A stretch of 64,000 nucleotides of DNA from Patescibacteria group bacterium. Lineage in GTDB: Bacteria; Patescibacteriota; Patescibacteriia; CAIXNZ01. The position numbers were made by a program, and so were the translations under genes. How positions within the stretch are numbered: position 1 is the stretch's first letter; every line of letters starts with the position of its first letter. Location: positions 27,932 to 91,931 of the forward strand of contig JBAZJU010000001.1 of the NCBI GenBank assembly GCA_041651155.1, given 5' to 3'. The notes beneath the pieces were generated by a model. The model had not been told where the DNA came from. It saw only the letters and a list, made by a program, of their open reading frames with translations, and did no database searches. Positions 51,773-61,443 of this stretch are shown here, one piece after another.

Positions 51773-52138
51773 TCACCTGATTTTTGCGACGCGGTGCCAG
51801 GTGGTGATGACCTCTACATCATAAATTGGCAGATCGTCATCTCCTGGTTCGTCATCAAAAGTCGAAAGATAGCTCAGGTCAAAGACCTTTCCATAGTCGG
51901 CCTTTCTCGGTGAATATTTTTCCGGTTCCCTTCTTACAAGGATTGAGTTGGTATCGTCTATCCAGGCCAGATATTTGGCCAGACAGATAGGGCATCGCGC
52001 TTCGGCAACGAGCATTCCTTTGTATTTGTTGTCAAAGTAAACGCCGGCTTCCTTTTCGGTTATGGGTCTTGGTTCTTCTAACAGTTCCACTGGATGTTCG
52101 CAATGAACGCATGCGGTCGCACCTAAGTTTCGGCTCAT
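51773..52138 (-). CDS. cassette ORF 6: zinc-ribbon-like protein, hypothetical
   Basis: 121 aa. CVHCEHP ... CPIC. Confidence 0.4.
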   Translation of the reverse strand: MSRNLGATACVHCEHPVELLEEPRPITEKEAGVYFDNKYKGMLVAEARCPICLAKYLAWIDDTNSILVRREPEKYSPRKADYGKVFDLSYLSTFDDEPGDDDLPIYDVEVITTWHRVAKIR

Positions 52139-52376
52139 TTTTTTCCTCCTTTAGAAATTTTTGGTTTATTCTTAGCCTTTTGGCTGGTTTTCATTTATAT
52201 TTTTAACCCAAAATGAATTGGGTGTTGTAAAATTACTGTTTATATAATAGCATACTTTTATAAAAAAGTCAAGGGTTTTGTGGGCTATTTTGTTAGAAAT
52301 TGGCCCTGAAAGGGCCCCTTTGGGGCTAAAATAAGCTATTTTTTAAAGATTTGCCTGGGAAGATAAAAAATTATTC

Positions 52377-52432
52377 CCCACTTTAGTGGGCTCGCCTTGG
52401 CGAAGCCAGGCCTGCTAAAGCAGGGTATAAAT
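52377..52432 (+). promoter_or_regulatory. three tandem hairpins (CCCAC-ttta-GTGGG; GCCTTGGC-gaa-GCCAGGC; CCTGC-taaa-GCAGG) followed by GTATAAAT
   Basis: Lies 80 nt upstream of the 52514 ORF. The hairpin + GTATAAAWT arrangement recurs upstream of groES. Confidence 0.35.
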
Positions 52433-52513
52433 TATTAATACAAAAGGGTTTTTATTTGACTTTAAATGAATTTTTAGATAAAATATAATCGTTAGATAAA
52501 ATAATTTTTATTT

Positions 52514-52804
52514 ATGCTGACCCATGAAGATATACAAAAAATAATAGAAGCGCAAAGGGGAATTTTTGCTACCAAGGAAGATTCATCTAAGCTTAGTATT
52601 GAAATTGTTAATATTAAAGAAACAATGGCAACCAAGGAAGATTTTAGTAGATTAGAAGGTCAATTTAATCGCCTTGTTGATTCTATTGATAAGTATGCTA
52701 AGAAGGTGGATGACTGCTATCAAGAAATGGTGGCTAGGATAGTAAGCTTAACCGTCATGAAAGATGGTGCCAGCTTATCGCTGAAAAGCTTGATATTAAA
52801 TTAG
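52514..52804 (+). CDS. small hypothetical protein with internal ATKEDxSxL repeat
   Basis: 96 aa. Predicted helical, with a duplicated ATKEDSSKLS / ATKEDFSRLE segment. Confidence 0.35.
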   Translation: MLTHEDIQKIIEAQRGIFATKEDSSKLSIEIVNIKETMATKEDFSRLEGQFNRLVDSIDKYAKKVDDCYQEMVARIVSLTVMKDGASLSLKSLILN

Positions 52805-53130
52805 AATATTAATTTTCCAATTTTTAAAATATAGTTTTTAACGGTTGGCATTGCTGGCCGTTTTTTGTTTGACAAAGTTTGGCTAATTATATAAGCTAAT
52901 TTAATAGTAAAAAGGTAATTTTTAGTACTTTGAACGGGGGACTGCCAATAGGTTTAAAATATCAAAAGACAAAGCACAAATAACAAACCTTCGTTTGCCC
53001 TAGCAAACTACGGCTTGCGAAGGCAAAATAATAATAAAATATAAAATTCAAAATTTTAGTATTTGATATTTGGGTTTTGAATTTATTTTGTCCTTTGGAT
53101 TTTGATGTTTGTCATTTAATCTCATCGTAA

Positions 53131-53153
53131 CCCACTAAAGTGGGGTATAAAAT
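53131..53153 (+). promoter_or_regulatory. inverted repeat CCCAC-taaa-GTGGG + GTATAAAAT immediately upstream of groES (candidate operator / -10)
   Basis: 14-bp perfect IR followed by a TATAAA box. Ends 13 nt before the groES ATG. No CIRCE present. Confidence 0.4.
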
Positions 53154-53166
53154 TAAATTTAAAATT

Positions 53167-53457
53167 ATGTCTATGTACAAACCCTTAAACGATCACGTCT
53201 TAATCAAGCCAATCAATGGCAATGAAGTTTCCAAGGCCGGCATTATTTTGCCTGACACGGTTGACAAAGAAAAGCCAGAAAAAGGCGAAGTTGTGGCCGT
53301 AGGTTCTGGTAAACTTTTGGAAAATGGATCTAGAGCGCCAATGTCTGTTAAAGTCGGGGATAAGGTTATTTTTAAAAAATATTCACCGGACGAACTGCCG
53401 GGGGATGAAGATTTGATGGTGATAAAGGAGGAGGATATTCTTGCGATAATTCAATAA
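53167..53457 (+). CDS. groES: co-chaperonin GroES
   Basis: MSMYKPLNDHVLIKP...GEVVAVGSGK. Confidence 0.9.
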   Translation: MSMYKPLNDHVLIKPINGNEVSKAGIILPDTVDKEKPEKGEVVAVGSGKLLENGSRAPMSVKVGDKVIFKKYSPDELPGDEDLMVIKEEDILAIIQ

Positions 53458-53478
53458 TTTTTAATTTTTAATTTTTAA

Positions 53479-55128
<1,650 letters not shown>

Positions 55129-55170
55129 ACTACAGATTACAGATTTATACAGATATACAAATATAATATA

Positions 55171-55205
55171 AAAAAAGATCGTCTGGAAATGGGCGGTCTT
55201 TTTGT
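55171..55205 (+). terminator. strand-specific terminator hairpin with G.U pairs (family copy 1): AAGATCGTCTGG-aaat-GGGCGGTCTT + T-run
   Basis: 10-bp RNA stem needs three G.U pairs, so it forms only on the plus-strand transcript. Followed by TTTTGTTTTTTT. Confidence 0.5.
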
Positions 55206-55351
55206 TTTTTTCAAATGTTGTCTAAATTGCCGTCAGATCAAAAAATGCTTGACAATTTTTAAAATTATGTTAAGGTGTATTGTTACCCGTAAACGGGTAT
55301 TTTAATATGTAATTTGACAACTAAAACAAAGAAAAAGGAGGAAGTATAGAA

Positions 55352-55744
55352 GTGGAAAAATATGCTAACTTAAAGGAGTTTTTAAGCATCCTGATTGACT
55401 TTCTTAACAAGTTTTTCAGCGTGTTTCTGGTTGAAGGCAGTTCTCTGCAATTTCAGCAGATAGTGAAAATTTCAGCCCTGGTTATTTTGCTGGCCTTTAT
55501 CTGTTTAATTATTTTGTTCATTTACAGAATAATTGATCAGAGTTTAAAGCCATTGATTGCCAGCGTAAGCCAAAAGAGCGAGTATGTCTTATATCTTCTT
55601 TTGGCGACTTTACTTTTGTTTTTCACTTCTGCTGTCAGTTTTAAAACAGCTGCCACTGCTTTGGGCTGCTTTATTGGCATCCATTTTGTTTACAACTACT
55701 ACTTTAAAGGTGGTAATGTAAAAGTAAAACGAGAGGAGGAATAG
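55352..55744 (+). CDS. membrane protein, hypothetical
   Basis: 130 aa. 3 TM helices. RBS AAAGGAGGAAG. Confidence 0.35.
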   Translation: MEKYANLKEFLSILIDFLNKFFSVFLVEGSSLQFQQIVKISALVILLAFICLIILFIYRIIDQSLKPLIASVSQKSEYVLYLLLATLLLFFTSAVSFKTAATALGCFIGIHFVYNYYFKGGNVKVKREEE

Positions 55745-55745
55745 C

Positions 55746-56504
55746 ATGGAGTTAAAAGTTCTGATGTACTGGTACAACCTAATCTATGTTGTCCCGTTTT
55801 GTCTGGGTGTCATACTGCTGATTCTGCAGACCATTGGCCTGGGCGAAACCGGGCTTGACCATGACGTGGATCAAGACATTGATCACGACATTGATCATGA
55901 CATTGAGTGCGATGCTGATAGCGATGCAGATAGTGGCACTGATCATGACGCTGAACACGGGCATGATGTTGAGTCCGATCAGGACAGCTTGTTTTGGAAA
56001 GTTGCCCTGCTCATGGGTATTGGCAAAGTCCCGCTTTCCATTATTATGATGACATTCTGTTTTGTCTGGGGATTTGTCGGCTATATGCTGACAGCATTTG
56101 CTCAGACAATATTAAGAACACCGTTTCTGTTTTTCCCGCCGGTTTTTCTGGCCACGCTGATCATTGCAGTTTTTGCCACTGGTTATGTGGCCAAAGCAGT
56201 TGCCAGGATAATGCCGAAAACTTCAACCTTTACCACCACGGTAAAAGATTTAGTGGGTAAGGTCGGTGAATCATTATATCCAATTGATCAAGATCACGGC
56301 ACAATCAGAGTCACGGATCAATTCGGTAATTTGCAGCAATACGCTGCTTATACATCGGGTGGAGTTTATATCCCAGGTAATACGCAAATACTGCTGGTTA
56401 ATTGGGATGAACAGCGTGACGCTTTTTTTGTCACAGTTTTGCCGCCTGAATTGGCAGATTTGAAAAAAGAAGAAGAAAGGTTAAAAGGAGGAAAAGATGC
56501 ATAG
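55746..56504 (+). CDS. NfeD-like membrane protein with Asp/His-rich repeat region and C-terminal OB-fold
   Basis: N-terminal TM, then a DHDVDQDIDHDIDHDIECDADSDADSGTDHDAEHGHD repeat, more TMs, and a C-terminal soluble domain. Lies immediately upstream of the flotillin-like gene. Confidence 0.5.
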   Translation: MELKVLMYWYNLIYVVPFCLGVILLILQTIGLGETGLDHDVDQDIDHDIDHDIECDADSDADSGTDHDAEHGHDVESDQDSLFWKVALLMGIGKVPLSIIMMTFCFVWGFVGYMLTAFAQTILRTPFLFFPPVFLATLIIAVFATGYVAKAVARIMPKTSTFTTTVKDLVGKVGESLYPIDQDHGTIRVTDQFGNLQQYAAYTSGGVYIPGNTQILLVNWDEQRDAFFVTVLPPELADLKKEEERLKGGKDA

Positions 56505-56556
56505 ACGTGAAGAGTATGAGGAAGAAATGCCAAGAAAAAAAGGAGGAGAAGTAAGC

Positions 56557-58404
56557 ATGGACAGTAAGAGGAGCATAGCGTCGTTTGCCGGAGGACTGAT
56601 TTTCATTTCTCTGGCTCTAATCATCGGTCCGTTTTTTCTCAAGGTGGGCTGGACAATCCAGTTAGTGCTTGGTGTGTTCGGCATTCTGGGTTTGATCATT
56701 GGCGCCATTTTGGTGACCATTGCCAAACTCTATGTCAAAACAGCGGCTGATGTGGCTTTTTACCGCACAGGCCAAGGCAAACCCAAAGTGATTATTGACG
56801 GTGGTGCGATTGTTGTGCCGGTTATCCATGAGATTATTCAAGTATCGTTGCAAACCATGAAGCTGGAGGTTGATCGCAGCGGTCAGTTGGCATTAATTTG
56901 TAAGGATTATTTGCGAGCTGATGTAACAGCTGAATTTTACATCCGCGTGCAAAAGGACAAAGACGGCGTGACAGCTGCAGCCACCACGTTGGGCCGCGAC
57001 GCCATGACCGCTTCCACGATCAAAGATCGGTTGATGGAAAAATTGGTTTCTGCTTTGCGGACAGTGGCAGCGACCATGGATCTGAATGAACTGCATCAGG
57101 AACGCGATAAATTCGCGGCCGCAGTTCAGGAAGCTGTAACCAAAGACATTAAGCCCAACGGCTTGGTCTTGGAAACAGTAACCATTTCCCGGTTGGACAT
57201 GACTGATCCGAAAAACCTGCGGGAAGATAATGTCTTTGATTCCCAGGGCTTGAAAAAAGCCGCATCCATCGTGCAGGAACAGAAAATCCAGAGGAATAAG
57301 ATTGAAAGGGAAGCTGAACTGCAAATCACGCAGAAAGACGTTGAAACCAGGAAGAGCGTCTTGGCTCAACAGCAGGATCAGGCTTTTGCCGAGGCAGACC
57401 AAAAAGCCAAAGTCGCCAATCAGCAGGCCCTAAAGGAAAAAGATATCCAGCAGTTCAAGATTGAACAGGATCAGGCCGTACAAACGCGCCAAGTGGAAAG
57501 CGAAAAGGCAGTCCAGACTGCGCAGTTCCAGAAAGATGCAGAGCTGGTAAAACAAGCTCAAGCAGTTGCTACTGCAGAAGTAACCAAGACTCAGGCAGTT
57601 GATGTCGCCAATAGAGAGAAAGATGTTGCGATCGCTGATGCTGAAGCAAAAAGAGCGGAAGCACAAGCGAATCAGCGCATAGCCGAAGCCAAGGCTCGGG
57701 AAGCTCAGGAAAAAGTGACGACAGCTGCGACTCTGGAAATTGCCCGGCGCAACAAGGATCAAGCAGTTATTGCAGCCGAGCAGGAAGGTCAGCAAAATCT
57801 GATCAAGCAGCAAAAGATTGCTGATGCGGCTGCATACACCAAGACCAGAGAAGCAGAAGCAGATAAAACTGCGGCAGAAAATCAGGCTCAAGCCCAGATT
57901 CGTTTGGCTGATGCTGGCTTGGTTGCCAAGCAAAAAGAGGCCGAAGGAGACAGGGCCGTAAAAATCGTACCGGTTCAGGTCGCCTCTGAGCAGGTTGAAG
58001 TTGACCGCAAGTCCGTTGAGGTCCTGACTGAAAAACTCAAGGCCCAGGATACGTATCAAGAGGCAGCGATTAAGCTGGAGATCTTTAAAGCCAAAATCTC
58101 GGCCGGACAAGTGGTTGGCGTGGAAATGGCCAAGGCCTTTGCTCAATTCATGAGCAAAGGCGACTTCAACATTTTCGGCGATCCCAAAACTCTGGCTGAG
58201 ATGACCGCACTCTTTACCAAAGGGTTGGGCATCAGTCAGTTGCTCGAAGGCATGAATGATGGCAGTCCTGAGCTGGCAAAGCTGGCCGGAACCGGTATTG
58301 CCGCCGCTACCGCCGGACTGGAAGCGATTAAAACTAAGGCCGAGGAAGTCGCAGGCAAAGGAGGGAAAGGCAAGGGTAAAGAAACTCCTCCACCCGAAGC
58401 TTAA
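56557..58404 (+). CDS. flotillin-like SPFH/band-7 protein with long Ala/Gln/Glu-rich coiled coil
   Basis: Start ATG 56557 after AAGGAGGAGAAG. N-terminal membrane hairpin, SPFH core, and a coiled coil of about 300 aa. Confidence 0.75.
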   Translation: MDSKRSIASFAGGLIFISLALIIGPFFLKVGWTIQLVLGVFGILGLIIGAILVTIAKLYVKTAADVAFYRTGQGKPKVIIDGGAIVVPVIHEIIQVSLQTMKLEVDRSGQLALICKDYLRADVTAEFYIRVQKDKDGVTAAATTLGRDAMTASTIKDRLMEKLVSALRTVAATMDLNELHQERDKFAAAVQEAVTKDIKPNGLVLETVTISRLDMTDPKNLREDNVFDSQGLKKAASIVQEQKIQRNKIEREAELQITQKDVETRKSVLAQQQDQAFAEADQKAKVANQQALKEKDIQQFKIEQDQAVQTRQVESEKAVQTAQFQKDAELVKQAQAVATAEVTKTQAVDVANREKDVAIADAEAKRAEAQANQRIAEAKAREAQEKVTTAATLEIARRNKDQAVIAAEQEGQQNLIKQQKIADAAAYTKTREAEADKTAAENQAQAQIRLADAGLVAKQKEAEGDRAVKIVPVQVASEQVEVDRKSVEVLTEKLKAQDTYQEAAIKLEIFKAKISAGQVVGVEMAKAFAQFMSKGDFNIFGDPKTLAEMTALFTKGLGISQLLEGMNDGSPELAKLAGTGIAAATAGLEAIKTKAEEVAGKGGKGKGKETPPPEA

Positions 58405-58518
58405 ATAGCAGAATTATAAAATAATTCCAAGGGACGATTAATTTCGTCCCTTTTTTGCTACGAATTTTAGGATCCTAATTTACAAATCTGCTACTAATCT
58501 ACGAATATTTCCAGTAAT

Positions 58519-58549
58519 AAAAAAATCGTCTGGTAATGGGCGGATTTTT
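58519..58549 (+). terminator. strand-specific terminator hairpin, family copy 2
   Basis: AAATCGTCTGG-taat-GGGCGGATTTTT. Confidence 0.45.
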
Positions 58550-58555
58550 CATTTT

Positions 58556-58668
58556 TATGGTATAATATAAAAAGTTATAGGAGCTATAAGAGCTAAAGGC
58601 GGAGATGGGGATTAAAGCATAAGAAAAGTCTTAAAAATAATTAATTTTAATTAAAGAACTTTAAAAAT
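58556..58668 (+). promoter_or_regulatory. duplicated promoter + structured leader, copy 1 (extended -10 TGGTATAAT; possible 5-codon uORF)
   Basis: About 85% identical to 59405-59524. Contains ATGGTATAATAT, the motif GGAGCTATAAGAGCTAAAGG, and a tiny ORF ATGGGGATTAAAGCATAA. Confidence 0.4.
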
Positions 58669-59049
58669 ATGGAAAATAATCTAAAAGAGACAACACCTAC
58701 CCAAGGAGGCGTCACAAATCCAGTTAAAGAAAAAGCAACTGGTTCTCAGATGGCCGAATATTTAGTTTTTTTCTTTTTTGGAGCGTTGGATATACTCTTA
58801 GTTTTCCGGCTTATTCTTAAACTGACAGGAGCAAGTATAACAAGCGCCTTTGTGGGTTTTATCTATGGTTTAAGCGGAATTTTTATTTTGCCTTTTGTAG
58901 GAATATTCCACAGCGGGTATACTCAAGGCATAGAAACAACTGCAGTTTTTGAACCGTCAACGCTAGTCGCAATTATTGTGTACGCTGTTTTGGCTTTGGG
59001 CATTGTTAAGCTAATACGAATATTTTCCCGCGAACAGCGAGCTTCTTAG
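58669..59049 (+). CDS. membrane protein, hypothetical
   Basis: 126 aa. 3 TM helices. Confidence 0.4.
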   Translation: MENNLKETTPTQGGVTNPVKEKATGSQMAEYLVFFFFGALDILLVFRLILKLTGASITSAFVGFIYGLSGIFILPFVGIFHSGYTQGIETTAVFEPSTLVAIIVYAVLALGIVKLIRIFSREQRAS

Positions 59050-59111
59050 CTTATTTGATTTGTTTAGTTTAAAGATATGTTTAGCACTAATATAATTAAT
59101 ATAAAAAAATT

Positions 59112-59261
59112 ATGTTGCTTACAATTGCAGTCATTTTAATCATTCTTTGGCTTCTTGGCTTAATCACTTCTTATACCATGGGAGGATTAATCCACATACT
59201 TCTGGTTATTGCGATCATTATAATCGTGGTCCGATTGATCAGAGGAGAAAAGATATTTTAA
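59112..59261 (+). CDS. small two-TM membrane protein (50 aa)
   Basis: MLLTIAVILIILWLLGLITSYTMGGLIHILLVIAIIIIVVRLIRGEKIF. Below the track cutoff. Resembles a widespread small GxxLIHxLLVIA membrane-protein family. Confidence 0.35.
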   Translation: MLLTIAVILIILWLLGLITSYTMGGLIHILLVIAIIIIVVRLIRGEKIF

Positions 59262-59404
59262 GTGCGTTACATACCAATTGATTTTGTTTGTAAAATGAAA
59301 AAGCTCCTTATACCGGATAAATAAAAAACCTTTTCTAAAAGATAGGGTAAATTTTGTTGTAAAAACTTATCCACAGGGGATTTTTCTGCAGAAATGGCGA
59401 AAAA

Positions 59405-59524
59405 ATGGTATAATATATAAAAATTATAGGAGCAATAAGAGCTAGAGGTGAAGATGCGGGTTAAAGCGTACAAAGGTCTTAAAAATAATTAATTTTTACA
59501 TATTTAATTAAGTATTATTTAATT
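59405..59524 (+). promoter_or_regulatory. duplicated promoter + structured leader, copy 2
   Basis: ATGGTATAATATATAAAAATTATAGGAGCAATAAGAGCTAGAGGTGAAGATGCGGGTTAAAGCG... Possible 12-codon uORF MRVKAYKGLKNN. Confidence 0.4.
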
Positions 59525-61375
59525 ATGAAAAAATTTAAAATGAGTTTAATAGTAACAGTCATTGGTGTCTTGACTGTTTCCTTTGCGCTTGGTCTGAGTG
59601 GGCCAATGACTGCGCAGGCAGCAACCTCTCCCTCTTTAGGAGATGCAGCAACTTATGGTGTTTTAGCCGACACTTTTAATTATAATGTTGGGCTGACAAC
59701 TATTACTGGTGTTGCAGGCACAAGCGTTCTTGGCTATGTTGGGGCATTTCCAGGTGGCGGTGCTTCATTAGTAGTTACTGGTAACACAGAGGTTAATAAT
59801 GCTGCTAGGACCACGGCAGGCACAGCTCAAAACGCTGCTTTAAATAATGTTGTTGATGGTCTTAATATTCAACCTTGTACATCTATTGGTGCAATTGTTG
59901 CTTTAGACGCGATTGATATTGATGGTGCTGGACCTCTTCCTCCTGGAACTTTTACCCCTGGTTGTTATTCCAGTACTGGCACAATGAATATTACTACAGG
60001 CACGACAGTAACACTTAGTGGCTCTGGAACTTATATTTTCAGGCCAGCTGGCGCGCTTAATCCAGCAGCCAATTCAACTATTGCATTAGTTGGCGCATCA
60101 GCCTGTGATGTTTTTTGGGCTCCAATTGCGGCTACAACTATCGGCGCTAACTCAACTTTCGTAGGAACTGTCATTGATGCTGCCGGTATTACCATCGGTA
60201 ATACTGTAAATTGGACAGGAAGAGCTTTGGCTTATGGCGGAACAGTTACGGCTGATACAGATACAATTACAGTACCAACCTGCGTAGTTCCGCCTGTACC
60301 GGGTGGTTCTGTTTCATACACAGGTACAATTAATGTTGTCAAATTAGTCGTTGGCGGAACCAAGATTGTTGCTGATTTTCCATTGTTTATCAATGGCACT
60401 CCAGCTGTTTCTGGTACAACTTATACTTTGCCAGCACAATCTAATATGTATACTATATCTGAAACTATTGATCCTAATTATACTCAAACAATTTCCGGCG
60501 ATTGTGACTCAAGCGGTGTTACATACCTCCAGCCAGCTGAAGTTCTTTTCTGCATTGTCACTAATACCTTCAAAACAGTGCCTGTAGTTGTCCCGCCTCT
60601 AATTGATGTCATTAAAGTCCCTAGTCCTCTAGCTCTGCCAACAGGTTCGGGAGCAGTTACTTATACCTATACTCTTACTAATATTGGCACAGTCCCTGTG
60701 TCCAATGTAACCATGGTAGGTGATACTTGCAGTCCAATAACCTTATCTTCCGGCGATGTTAATTCTGATGCCAAACTTGATTTAACTGAAACATGGATAT
60801 ATAAGTGCTCCACTACTCTTACAGAAACTCATACTAATAACGTGGTTGCAACTGGCTGGGCTAATGGCATAAGCGCAACTGATGTTGCCAGTGCTACGGT
60901 TGTTGTTGGCTCACCTACAGTGCCCCCATTGATCCACGTGACAAAAGTTCCAAATCCGCTCTCATTGCTGGCCAAAGGTGGAATGGTCACTTATACGGAA
61001 AAAATTACTAATCCGGGTACAGTTGCTTTAAGCAATGTTAAGCTCACTGATGATAAGTGCAGTCCGATGGCCTATATTTCTGGCGATACCAATGGTGATT
61101 CAAAGCTTGATACCACTGAAACCTGGACTTATACTTGTAGAACCAACTTGACTAAAACTACTACCAATGTTGCTATTGCATCTGGTGAAGCCAATGGCCT
61201 GACAGTCAGGGATCTTGCGACTGCTACTGTTGTGGTGGCTGCTTTAGTTCCGGCATTGCCAAATACCGGCTATAATCCAGTAGGAGCTTATTTGGCGGTT
61301 TTCATTGTTCTGGCGATTGGAATTCTTGCTGTTTTGAATTATTTTTTCTTTGCGCGAAAAAAACAAACTAGATAA
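59525..61375 (+). CDS. cell-wall-anchored surface protein: signal peptide, DUF3494 ice-binding-like beta-helical domain, two DUF11-like repeats, LPNTG sortase signal
   Basis: N-terminal LGDAATYGVLADTFNYNVGLTTITGVAG... (DUF3494 pattern). Two ~105-aa repeats PPLI.V.KVP.PL.L...G.VTYT..ITN.GTV..SNV...D.CSP. C-terminus ends LPNTG + hydrophobic stretch + RKKQTR. Confidence 0.7.
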   Translation: MKKFKMSLIVTVIGVLTVSFALGLSGPMTAQAATSPSLGDAATYGVLADTFNYNVGLTTITGVAGTSVLGYVGAFPGGGASLVVTGNTEVNNAARTTAGTAQNAALNNVVDGLNIQPCTSIGAIVALDAIDIDGAGPLPPGTFTPGCYSSTGTMNITTGTTVTLSGSGTYIFRPAGALNPAANSTIALVGASACDVFWAPIAATTIGANSTFVGTVIDAAGITIGNTVNWTGRALAYGGTVTADTDTITVPTCVVPPVPGGSVSYTGTINVVKLVVGGTKIVADFPLFINGTPAVSGTTYTLPAQSNMYTISETIDPNYTQTISGDCDSSGVTYLQPAEVLFCIVTNTFKTVPVVVPPLIDVIKVPSPLALPTGSGAVTYTYTLTNIGTVPVSNVTMVGDTCSPITLSSGDVNSDAKLDLTETWIYKCSTTLTETHTNNVVATGWANGISATDVASATVVVGSPTVPPLIHVTKVPNPLSLLAKGGMVTYTEKITNPGTVALSNVKLTDDKCSPMAYISGDTNGDSKLDTTETWTYTCRTNLTKTTTNVAIASGEANGLTVRDLATATVVVAALVPALPNTGYNPVGAYLAVFIVLAIGILAVLNYFFFARKKQTR

Positions 61376-61443
61376 TTAAAGATAAATTAGTAAATAAGAG
61401 TCAGGCAATAGTTTGTCTGGCTCTTATAGTATGATGAGCAGTT

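Noticed and set aside
48584-52138. Possible CRISPR array because of regularly spaced conserved repeats
   Set aside because: Repeats are 130-200 nt, internally complex, and separate full protein-coding ORFs of 360-760 nt with RBSs. There are no short uniform spacers and no cas genes.
52923-52950. CIRCE-like element TTAGTACTT-N9-GACTGCCAA upstream of groES
   Set aside because: Each half resembles the CIRCE consensus (7/9), but the two halves are not reverse complements of each other, so it is not an inverted repeat.
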